Source of the DNA: Conidiobolus incongruus B7586
Lineage: Eukaryota
Direction: 5' to 3'
Assembly (NCBI GenBank): GCA_000697335.1
Contig: JNEM01013221.1
Span: 1-64,000, forward strand
Length of the DNA stretch: 64,000 nucleotides
The position numbers and the translations under genes are program-made. Positions 52,778 through 64,000 of the stretch are shown piece by piece. The stretch's first letter is position 1. Each line of letters starts with the position of its first letter. Below the pieces are notes generated by a model. The model did not search any database, had not been told where the DNA came from, and saw nothing but the letters and a program-made list of their open reading frames with translations.

Positions 52778-54013
52778 CTAATTCAAAGGTAAACCGTCTT
52801 GACCAAGTAAAGTCATGGATGCATCGGCAACGCGAGGTCCATCGCCTAATTTAGTATGAAGAATACTCTTAATGGAATCAGCAGGAAATGGGTCAATGAT
52901 CTTGGAAATAGATTCAGGAATTTGATCAGCGCTGGAGGTAGACCATTCTTGAGAGTTGTTGAATAATTGATAAGGATCCTTGAAATAAGTTTCGGGGATG
53001 GAACCAGGGAAGAAGTAAGCAATAATGGGGATGATTTCCTTGATAGCATCACGGGGAGCATAAAGGACAGCATTTGGTCCAGCATCGTAAGTGTAGGCAA
53101 CACGAACTCCCTTAGGGCCTTTGTTGAATTCAGTAACCAAGCGGACAATGGCTCTGGAAACATCATTCATGTAAGAGATAGGAGGATAAGTGTCAAGACA
53201 GACAGCGTGGAATTGGTTACTATCTTGCATGGTCAATAGAGCGAAAGTTTCAAAATCACGATCCAAAATAGCCTTCTTCATTTGCTCCATTCTTTCGGGG
53301 ACAACATTTTTGATACGATATTGGAGTAAGGGAGATGTCTTGACGGTAGTTTGCATGCCAACAGTACTACTGGTGGCTTTCTTGGCATCGCTGACGACCA
53401 AGATCAAAGCCTCAATTTCGGGCCAGTGAGTCTCAGGAGCAATTTGGACAGCTCTGCTGTCTGATCCATCTTCCTTTTCACCCATTTCCCAAGCGACAAA
53501 TCCTCCAAATAAGGAACGACAGGCAGAACCCGAGCCAACTCTAGCAATCTTGGACATCTCTTCCAGAGAAATGGGAAGTTCGAACAACTTGCATAAAGTA
53601 AATACAAAACAAGCGTATCCAGATGCGGAAGAAGCGAGACCAGCAGCGGTAGGGAAGTTGTTGACGGAGCAGGCGTGGATATTCAAAGTGGATAACTTTT
53701 CAGCATCAGGATTGTTGTCTTCGAATTCTTTTCTCAACTTACGAGTCTCATTCAAGCAGTTTTGGAGTCTCTTGCTATTTGCAACATCTTCTTCTTTACC
53801 GTTGAGCCAAAGTCTATCTTGGGTGAATTCAGAGCTGACAGCAATGGTAGTTCTAGTCTGTAATTGATCTTGAGAGAGAGTACCAGAGAGTGATGAGTTG
53901 GTAGGCAAAATCAATTTTTCGTCTCTCTTTCCCCAGTATTTAATCACAGCAATGTTAACGGGAGCTGTACAAGTGATCTCTTTTTTAATAATATTAGAAT
54001 TATTTAAGCTCAT
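52778..54013 (-). CDS. MVD1: Diphosphomevalonate decarboxylase, intronless
   Basis: APVNIAVIKYWGKRD; NNFPTAAGLASSASG; GSGSACRS; AYTYDAGPNA. Confidence 0.98.
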   Translation of the reverse strand: MSLNNSNIIKKEITCTAPVNIAVIKYWGKRDEKLILPTNSSLSGTLSQDQLQTRTTIAVSSEFTQDRLWLNGKEEDVANSKRLQNCLNETRKLRKEFEDNNPDAEKLSTLNIHACSVNNFPTAAGLASSASGYACFVFTLCKLFELPISLEEMSKIARVGSGSACRSLFGGFVAWEMGEKEDGSDSRAVQIAPETHWPEIEALILVVSDAKKATSSTVGMQTTVKTSPLLQYRIKNVVPERMEQMKKAILDRDFETFALLTMQDSNQFHAVCLDTYPPISYMNDVSRAIVRLVTEFNKGPKGVRVAYTYDAGPNAVLYAPRDAIKEIIPIIAYFFPGSIPETYFKDPYQLFNNSQEWSTSSADQIPESISKIIDPFPADSIKSILHTKLGDGPRVADASMTLLGQDGLPLN

Positions 54014-55758
54014 GATTTTTCAATTAACTAATAAATCAATTCAGATCACTTGGTTCCAATGGTATTTATATTAATTCATTATTTACCATCAATTGTGGCA
54101 CATTGAATATTTGATGTGTATTTGATTATTTTTTTTTTACAAAATCATTTAATCAAAATAATATTCGTCACAACATTTAAAATATATTCATTAATATATA
54201 TCATAATTAGTGAGCTATTGGTATATATTATGTTTATAGTTTGTATTTATATTTTATTCTAGTTTTTCACTAATGCTATCATTGTTAATAATACTTATGA
54301 AAATTATCAATTATTATGATTTCAAATTGATGATTCCATATTTAATAGATACAATATGATAAATCTTTATGAATCATATCATACCATTTTAAATATTTTA
54401 CACTTCATTATTATACCTTAGTAATGATTTTGTACTATAACTTTGATAAAGCACAAAATATGTATCAAAATATTAATTTTTTTAACAATAGTTTGAATTT
54501 GTTCTTATTAAATCTATATTATAATAAATTTTATGTGAATATAAATATTTTATTTAGATCATATTATAATCAATGAAATTATCACCTTTACTATGAACAT
54601 ACCGATTGAATCATTTGATTTATATTATACAGATTACATTTTTTAAATTTCCAATACATCTTTAATATCATATTAATTAATTTGTTAATATATTCATTTT
54701 ACTAGGACAATATAAAAGGTACAATTATATTAGAATTGATTTTCTTGTAATTTATTCTTTAAATTATGAGGTATATTATTGAAAAGTTATTTGAGAAATG
54801 TTAAATTTGCTGGATCAAAAATTATGGTTTATATGGTCTTATTTAAAATAGGATTCTTGCATTAGATATTTTTGTTGTTTACTGCTATAATATCATATTG
54901 TAATCTTAATAGATTGATATTCTTGTCTTAACATATTGAAAAAAATATAGAATTTGAACTAATTTTTTTCTCATCTCTAAAATCGAAAACCGAAATTTGA
55001 GGATTAATGCGATTTCCATTACAAAATAGGAAGGTAATTGATAAAAGTTAATTCCGTGATTATTATCAAATATTTTTTGAGTTAGTAATTGTAAATATTA
55101 GGTATTTTAATAAAATATCAAGGGTTTTATTAGCAATCCAAAAGAGTACATAACATTAAATTGATTTAATGAGAAGATTCAAATTATAGTTTTCTATAAT
55201 GATCACTACAAATAATCAGAATAGTTATTAAATAAAAAGCGTGACTGTAAAATTTATTGAATATTAAAATACAACTTAGTATAAATGCAAAATTCTATAA
55301 ACTAATATTAATAATTTTAAAAATTTTTCGAAAATTTCAAAAATGAAATTATTATTGGATTTTTTATATAATAAATGAGTTTTTATATATTGTGAAATTA
55401 CCAAAATATAATAATTTTTATTGAAAAAAAATTATGTTTTATCGATTATGAAAAAATAGGAATATTTAATTTGAATCTACTCTGTTGATGAATAGATATA
55501 TCGATACACGGAGATTTAATCCAATATAAAAATATTATTTATATATTTTCATATTTCAGTAACTTAGTAATATAGCTTATGAATTATTCATTGTTATAAT
55601 CATTCAAAATCTTATCCACATTATTAAAAATCAATTTAATTTATCCCATAAAAATAAATCTCATAAACTAGTTTATAAAGATAAGGTAGTAATAAAATTT
55701 TAAAACATTTAATAATTGTATATTTTTAAGATATTAATAATTTAAATAATAATTGAAA

Positions 55759-57887
55759 ATGGTTTTGGATTTTGTTATGACAATTGATGACGATGCCCCT
55801 ATCCCCGAGGAAGAGGAAATTATTGAAGAGGAAGAAGTAAATAAAATTATTAATTATTTTTCAGGGAATTAATTATAATTGAATAGGTTAAACAAGTTAA
55901 AAACAAAAAGCAGAATAAGAATAAGAAGGACAAAAATGGAACAAAAGAAACTCAAGATAAAAAGAGAGAGGAACCCGAAGAGGGGTTTGCCGAAGAATTC
56001 ACTTTTGATATTCAGGACGATAGTCTTACCAAATCATTTCATATTTTAGAATTTGACGAAGCTAAAAATGATTTGAAATCTAGAAAAGTATGCTTAACAT
56101 TATATATTTTTATAATTCAAAATTAACTGAGCGATTTTAGAGTAATAACACTTCCATTGATGACAAAATTCAACTTCGCTTAGCTCAGAAAAAGATCAAG
56201 AGTAGAAAATCAGGAACTGAATCTGAAGATAAAGACGATGAGGATCAAGAGTCTGAAGAAAATGAAGAAGAATCCGATTCCAATGAATCAGGTGATTCAG
56301 ACGAAGATGACAAAAATAATGATATTGAAGAAAGCTCTGATGATGATTCTGAAGAAGAAACAGAAGAGCAAATCAAGGTATTTGCTTTCACACACTTGTA
56401 ATCAACATTTATTTAACCTGTTCAATAATAGAGGAAGAAAGAATTTTTTTCAGAAGAAACATTCGATGAAGAAGTTGCTGAAACTTTTGCCACAATGAAC
56501 TTGTCAAGACCTATTATGAAGGGTATCAGTCAATTGGGATTCGTTTCACCTACCCCTATTCAAGCTAAGTCCATTCCAATGGCTTTGATGGGTAAAGATA
56601 TTTGTGGCGGTGCCGTCACTGGTTCTGGTAAAACTGCTGCCTTCACTATTCCTATCCTCGAAAGGCTTTTATATCGTCCTCGCAACGCTCCCGTTACCAG
56701 AGTATTAATCTTGTGCCCTACTCGTGAATTGGCCATCCAATGTCACAATGTTGCTACCAAGTTGGCTGCTTTCACCGATATTACTTTCTGCTTAGCAGTT
56801 GGTGGTTTATCATTGAAAGCTCAACAAGCTGCTCTAAAGAAAAAGCCTGACGTAGTAATTGCTACCCCAGGTAGATTGATTGATCACATTCACAATGCTA
56901 ACGCTTTTTCACTCGATCAAATTGAAATTCTCGTTATGGATGAAGCTGATCGAATGCTAGAAGATGGTTTTGCCGATGAATTAAATGAAATCGTCAAATC
57001 TTGCCCCAAGAGCCGTCAAACAATGCTCTTCTCTGCCACCATGACTGACAACGTTGATCAATTGATCCGTATGTCATTGAACCGTCCAGTCCGCTTAATG
57101 GTTGATCCTGGAAAATCCACTGCCAAGCGTTTGATACAAGAATTCATCCGTATTCGTGCCCATCGCGAAGATGACAGAGCCGCTATTTTAGTAGCCCTCT
57201 GTACCAAAACCTTCAAGCGCAATACCATTATCTTCTTCAGAAGTAAGGCTGCTGCTCACCAGATGAAGATTGTATTTGGTCTCTTGGGGCTTTCTGCTGC
57301 TGAACTTCACGGTAATTTGACCCAAGAACAGAGAATGACTGCTTTGGAAGAGTTCAGAGATGATAAGGTTGCATTCTTACTTGCTACCGATATTGCTGCT
57401 AGAGGTTTAGATATTAAGGGTATCAATACCGTTATCAATTACAATATGCCCACTCAATTTGCTCAATACTTGCATCGTATTGGTCGTACGGCGCGTGCTG
57501 GACGTGCTGGTAGAGCTGTTACATTAGTAGGTGAAGGTGATCGCAAAATTTTGAAAATGGCTATGAAATACAGCTCCAAAGACAAGATTAAGCAAAGAGT
57601 GGTCGATCCTCAACTCATCGAAAAATATAATACTAAGGTCCAATCTCTTCAAGCTGAAATTAAGGATATTTTGGAAGAAGAGAAGACTGAGAAGGAGGTG
57701 AGTCATTTATTAATATTGTATTGTAATCTTATTTACTAATCATGTTATATAGTTGAGAGTTGCTGAAATGCAAGTCAATAGAACCAATAATTTATTAGTT
57801 CACAAAGAAGAGATCATGTCACGACCAGCTCGTCAGTGGTTTCAAGATAAAAAGAAAAAGAAATCAAAGAAATCCACTCAAGAATAG
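55759..57887 (+). CDS. DRS1: DEAD-box RNA helicase DRS1/DDX27, multi-exon
   Basis: [12 protein letters not shown]-terminus; [40 protein letters not shown]-terminal [10 protein letters not shown]. Confidence 0.95.
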
Positions 57888-58504
57888 ATAAGACGTTCAA
57901 ATACTAACATAAATGATATAGACTGTGACATAGAATATATTCCTTAATAAATACGATTCTTTAGAATGTTTTTCATCACATATTTATATTATATATTGTT
58001 AACAGTCTGTTAACAACTACATATTTAGAGTTTTATTTTCAACTTTGTTGTCAAAATAAACATTTAAATTATGAAGTTAAACTGGTTTGTGGTTGATGTA
58101 GTTATATTCAAGCTCAATTTGGATATATTGGTTAGATATATATTAATATTCTTTGCCAAGTATATCAATAAAATAGAATTATTATTACAAATTAATTTTA
58201 TCTCTTCATAACAATATCTTTTAAACTCACTTAAATTACAAAGTATTTATTTTGTGAATAATTGATTAAAATTATATAATATAGAAAATGAACAGTGTAT
58301 TATCTTAATTAATTTGCAAAGATTTTGTGTATTCACTATTATGAATAATTTATATAAATTAATTACAAATAAAGCACTTAAATGATAGCAGCTGTATTAA
58401 GATTATTGTTTAAGTATAATAATCTATTATGTCTAAATTTTAACATATACTATGAACGTTTATTTACTTTAATGAATAAAAATTATAAGAATACAATGAA
58501 TTAT

Positions 58505-61500
58505 CTACCATTTAAGAGATTCAATATCTTCGGCACTAGCACAGTTCTTCCTGTTTGAAGAAGTCAATGGCTGAGTCAAAGTGGATTTAACATTTTCAAA
58601 TTGAGAGATGTCGTTGGACATAGCAGCACGGAACAATTTAGATCCATATTTGGCATACATTTCAGAAACACCACCACCAGCCATCAATCTTTCTTCCATC
58701 TTACTCAATTGGAAGGGAAACTGCTCGCCATTGCATTTGATGATGCGATTAGGTACATCAATTTCAACTTCAGCACCTTCTTGAGCCAATTCGTAGAATC
58801 TTTCATCAGCAAGAGTAATGCCCAAGAGAGACATGTTGGGCTGATTACGAGAGTAAATAAAGGCAAATGACTTGGCAATTACAGCCTTGACACCGGCACC
58901 CTTGAGAGCACGAGGAGCTTCTTCACGAGAGGAACCAGAGCCAAAACCGATGCCACCGACCACAATGTCGAAACCGGCCTTGACCTTTTCAAAGAATTCG
59001 GGACGGTAGTATTGGAATGAGTGGGTACCAAGATCTTCATCGGATGTACCAGGCATAAATTGAGCTGGAATGATAGCATCGGTATCAATGTTGTCTTCAA
59101 ATCTTTGAACCTTTCCTGAAATAACTGGAATTCCAAAGGATTCACCAGAGCCTTCAGCAGCTGAACTTTGACCTTGGGAGGCACCAGTTGGAGTAGAGTC
59201 AGCGTAGAGTGGATTGGGTTCAGAAATTTGGACGGGTTGGTTCTTGTCGAGCCATTGATCAAGCATCTCGGCATAACGTTGACGATCAATACCTTCCAAG
59301 AGTTCTCTGGGGTCGCGAATCTTCATATCGAAACTACTGGCGGCGACGGTAGCAGCACTGGCCAAATTACCAATACTACCCTTACCCATTCTGTTTCTAA
59401 AGTTCCTGTTTTGGGAGCTGAGCCATACTTCACCTTCTTCGGCCTTATCAGCAGCTACAGCAATACAGTATGAGCAGCCAGGAGCACCAATTTCGAAACC
59501 GCATTGTTCATAAACGTCAAGCAAGCCCAATTTTCTCAATTTGGCAACGATGGGAACAGATCCGGGTGTGACCTTACGCTTGCCACCAACAACAGGTACC
59601 CAGCCCTTCTTGAGACCTTGTTCCAAGACAAGACCAGCAAGGATAAGATCTTCTTCAGCAGTGGTACAAGCACCAATGAAACATCCATCGAGTTCTTTGC
59701 CTTCAACTTCTTTGACGGAAACGACATTGTCAGGAGAAGGATAGATGGCAACCAAAGAATCAACCTTGGACAAATCGATGGTATAAGATTCAGCATACTC
59801 AGCATCTTCATCAGCCTTGAAATAAAGAGATGAATTCTTATGCTGAGGAACCTTACGCTTCTGAATGAAAGTTTGAGTAATTTCATCAGCTTCGAAAACA
59901 CCAGCAATACCACCAAATTCGGTGGTCATGTTGGCAATGGCAAATCTAGCATCACAACTGAGGTGCTTGAGGCCAGGACCAGTAAATTCAACAGCTCTTT
60001 CGAAGGCAACAGTGTTACGCTTCAATTCACCCATGACATACAAGATAGTATCCTTACCACCAATACCGAAAGGAGGTTCATTAATAAATCGGATGTTAAG
60101 AACTTCGGGAACTTTGAACCAAGTTTCACCCGTGACCAAAGGCATAAGAACATCAGCAGCACCCAAACCAACAGCAAATGCACCGACAGCACCGGCGGAG
60201 CAACTGTGAGAATCAGCGCCGACAATGACCATACCGGGCTGAGCTCTTTGGCGGTAGAATTCAGTGTGAAGAATAGTTTGATTAGGGCCATAGAAATCGG
60301 TCAAGTTGGCTTCTTTAGCAAACTTTTCAGAAGCAGCAATCAACTCTTTAGGTTTAGGAAGGTGATTGATCTTGGGATCCACGGTATGATCGATAGCAAG
60401 CCAGAATCTATCATTTCTATGAATTCCGGGACGGCCCATCTGTTCGTATGTCTTTTCCATACCTTTCCATGTAAGTTCGGAGGCCAAAGTCCAATCAACG
60501 CGTACACAAATCATATCACCAGGTTTGATATTACCAGGTTCTTCGAGTCCAATGGCAGCATGGCAGAGAATTTTTTCACAAATAGTCATACCTCTTCTGC
60601 CAGGAGGACGCTGGAGAAGAAGCTGCTGACCAACACGTGGACCAGGAGACCTGGATCCAGATCTTCGTTTAATTGAATTTTGAAGGGCTTTGACAATTTG
60701 ATCTCCAATCTCGGCAGTTGAAGCTTGACCGCCCAAGTCTTTCGTCCTGAGCTCAAGACCTCCTGAGCTCTTTTCATCTAAGACTTTACGTACTGCATCT
60801 TCAACCAATTTGGCTTCACTGTGAAGTCCTAAAGAGTATTTGAGGAGCATTGCAGCGCTGAGAATGGTACCAATAGGATTGGCAATACCTTGACCAGCAA
60901 TATCGGGAGCAGATCCATGGATAGGCTCATAGAGACCAAAGCAAGGATTTGCACCATCTGGCAAACCGTTGAGAGAAGCCGAGGGAAGGAGACCCAAACT
61001 TCCAGGAATTACACTTGATTCATCACTCAAGATATCACCAAACATGTTTTCAGTAAGGACGATACCATTCAACTTAGTGGGACGTTGAACCATTAACATA
61101 GAAGCAGAGTCAACCAAGTGGTGATCAAGAGGTACTTGAGGGAATTCTTTCTCAAATACTTCAGTAACAACACGACGCCATAGACGGGAAGTGGCAAGGA
61201 CATTAGCCTTATCAATGGAGTGAACAGCAAGGGGAGGGTTATGTTGAGAAGCCATCGTGCCTGCAAGGCGAGCTATTCTTTGTACTTCGGAAACCTTATA
61301 GGGCATTGTGTCATAAGCTAAATAAATAATTAGATTTTAACTAAAGTAAACTCACAATATAAATTACCTAGACCATCAGCATCTTCTTCTTGTCTCTCGC
61401 CAAAGTAAACACCCCCAACGAGTTCTCTTATGACGATGAATTCAGTACCTTGGACCACTTCAGATTTTAGAGGGCTATTATTTACAAGTGATTGACTGGG

Positions 61501-61930
61501 GAATACACAAGGTCTAATATTAGCAAATAGATCCAACTCTTTGCGAAGGCTCAACAACCCTTGTTCAGGGCGAGGTCCAAGTCCCTTAGAGGAATCGGAG
61601 GGATCTACAGGCTTGGGCCATTGAGGACCGCCAACAGCTCCCAAAAGGATAGCAGTGGCTGATTTACAAGCTTCAGCTGTAGATGGAGGGAAAGGATGAC
61701 CTTTGGATGGGATTAGATAAACCTTTAGTATTGAAGAGTTAGGATTTACCTGTCTGATCAATAGCATGACCACCAAAAGCATGTTCTTCAAATTGAAATT
61801 CCCATGTATCATTGTTTTGAGCAATTACTTCCAAAACTCTTCTAGCTTGAGCGGTGACTTCGGGACCAATCCCGTCACCTGGCAAAACAACAATCTTTGC
61901 TATTTTTTTGCTATTTGTATATGTACTCAT
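58505..61930 (-). CDS. Fusion of 3-isopropylmalate dehydrogenase (Leu2/LeuB) with aconitase-family isomerase large (LeuC-like) and small (LeuD-like) domains; exons 61930-61750, 61700-61368, 61317-58505; ~1108 aa
   Basis: [28 protein letters not shown] and [12 protein letters not shown], then without a stop or intron [51 protein letters not shown] and [10 protein letters not shown]. Confidence 0.93.
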
Positions 61931-62308
61931 TTTATGTATAAGTTAAATTAGTGATAATCGTTAAAATGATAAATAAATATTAAACTTAATGCATGTTATG
62001 GATATTTATAGGATTGCAATTATTTTTAAGGTCAGGGTTTACAATTTCACATGATTTACTCTAAATAGTGTAAGCTGATTGACTTGCCTTATTAGGAAGT
62101 ATCAGATGACCTAGGATTGGACCTAAATTCTGACGTGGTTTGAATCATTAAAATTATAACTAAAAAGACGCCCCATTCAGACATAAATATTTCGTATAGC
62201 TTTGATTTCGAAAGAATTGACGAAATATATAGTTTGATCACTTTTAATCAATTTAATCTTATCAATTATCTTTATCAAACCAATATTAAAATCAATTTTG
62301 ACTATTGG

Positions 62309-62315
62309 TGACTCA
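62309..62315. promoter_or_regulatory. Gcn4/CpcA (AP-1-type) consensus site upstream of the LEU2 fusion gene
   Basis: TGACTCA about 380 bp upstream of the ATG of an amino-acid biosynthesis gene. Confidence 0.4.
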
Positions 62316-62463
62316 TATTTATTAAAGCATTTTCAATTGTTGAATTTCGTTTTAATATTTAATTTCAGCTATATAACATCATCACTGATTCCAAGAGAAT
62401 AAGTGTTTGTGTTGGTAATATAAGAATGTGAAAGCTATATACACTACAGCTTAAGAACTATCA

Positions 62464-62486
62464 TATATATATATATATATATATAT
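62464..62486. repeat. (TA)n microsatellite
   Basis: Run of TA dinucleotides. Confidence 0.9.
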
Positions 62487-63828
62487 CCCTATTCATACTA
62501 TATTATTTAATTAGTTTAATTGATTATTTTTTAATTTGTTAAGGATTAAATGATTAATCACAGTAATATCATATAGTATCAAGCTATTAAAAAACTAATA
62601 TGTCTAATATTATTAAATATAGCCAAATCTATACTATACTATATTTCTTGAAAGTAGTTTCAAATGCCAAATCAGACTCTAATATTTTATCTTGATTTCA
62701 TTTCGGATTTTTTTTTCAAAAATTATTTTCAATACCATTCCACTAGTTACTGGTTATAAAATTTGTACAACATCTTAATTGGATTACTTGCAATCATCAT
62801 CCGAATTACGACTATCAGATTCATAATTATCAATATAAAATATTTGAATATGCGAATATCATTGACAGCTTTTAATACTTATACTACCAATGATTTCAAT
62901 ATGTAATGTTTGAAATAAACAGATTAGAATAATAATTGATATTATTATTCATATTGGATAATGTTGGTTATTTATCACAATTGGTGCATAATTTACATCA
63001 GAAAAATAAAGTTATGCATCATTCTTTATCCAATTTAAATTGCTTCAGTATCTGTCTAAATTCCCATGCGTTCTAAATCTTATAAATTGGTATTTTTAAT
63101 TGGTGAGGTTATAAAATTAATAAAATGGGTAAAATCAATTTATTTATAATATAGTGGATATATGAAGCTAGTATTATTACTATTTTTATATATAATTTGG
63201 ATGATAAATTATAAATATTGGGTTTTGTTTGCTATACATTGATAATTATTTGACTTAATAATATTATTTATATTAAACTATTAATTAGTATTTCAATTAT
63301 GGCTCATTTTGAACCTTAGTAACTTGAATAGTTCTTAATTATGAATATATTATTAAACGCACAATCTACTAAAAGTAATTATAACATATAATCCATTTCT
63401 ACAAATAATTTGTAACTGCTCTGTGATACTTTTTCATTTGGAAATATCCTATTCCAATACTTAATTTTTTAACAAGTTGAAACAATTAATGAGTTTAATT
63501 GTTGATATAAATTGAATTTAAAAATTCACTAAAATCAATTGAGTAGTATATGTTTTAATAAAATGTTTTATAGCAAAAAAGACTATGTGACATTTTGAGT
63601 TATTATGATGATAATTTGAGTTAGTTCATTTACACTTTTTGATAAAATCATACATGGATTTAATATATTTTTATTAATAAATTGATTTAAGTACAAATAA
63701 AACGATATCCTTTATCTAACTCAAGTTATCAATCTCCCTAATCAAATTGCCAGATAAACTAATTTTTGCTATAATACTTTGTAAATATATAGCTATCAAA
63801 TCATATAAAGAAGATTTTTTTAAAAAAC

Positions 63829-63832
<4 letters not shown>

Positions 63833-63861
<29 letters not shown>
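63833..63861. repeat. (TA)n microsatellite
   Basis: Run of TA dinucleotides. Confidence 0.9.
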
Positions 63862-63862
<1 letters not shown>

Positions 63863-64000
63863 CACAGTATATAAATAATAATAATGATAATGTATTCTTG
63901 AATAACAAAGGCATATATTTCATAAGTATTTCAAATAATTGAATTATTATATATTAAATGACAATAATTAATTAAGCTATTTTCTCGCTTATTTATTTAT

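Noticed and set aside
58601..60676. Long + strand ORFs (e.g. 59840-60676, 278 aa) opposite the LEU2 fusion, and similar ones opposite MVD1, RPS15 and TIM44
   Set aside because: Antisense shadows caused by biased codon usage; no recognisable motifs.

Overview
AT-rich, intron-rich eukaryotic DNA with short (~50 nt) GT-AG introns. It is most consistent with an early-diverging fungus; Zoopagomycota/Entomophthorales-like is an inference from gene content and composition. The window holds about 22 mostly housekeeping genes: a Zn2Cys6 transcription factor, RLP7, TIM44, REI1, SIZ1, an IPA1/UBE3D-like gene, PalB calpain, a RAD51 paralog, LTO1, ISN1, a HAD hydrolase, a PAP2 phosphatase, MAK11, TSC13, OCT1, RPS15, dynein intermediate chain, MVD1 and DRS1. 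Highlights: (1) three decayed copies (~0.8-1.56 kb, ~30.5-31.3 kb, ~51.7-52.5 kb) of an IS607-TnpB-like/Fanzor2 RNA-guided nuclease element, missed or only partly caught by the ORF track, each ending in a conserved, structured ~110-nt putative omegaRNA scaffold/right end with a different 3' flank; (2) a ~1108-aa LEU2 (IPMDH) + LeuC-type + LeuD-type triple fusion; (3) a homolog of the p1 subunit of the MTA1c 6mA DNA methyltransferase; (4) an oriented ATCCCA(C/T)AA motif upstream of many genes; (5) a PAP2 tandem pseudogene and an NSE2 copy with two lesions, with RIP-like C>T/G>A changes in the decayed repeats. All homology calls come from motif recognition by eye, not database searches.
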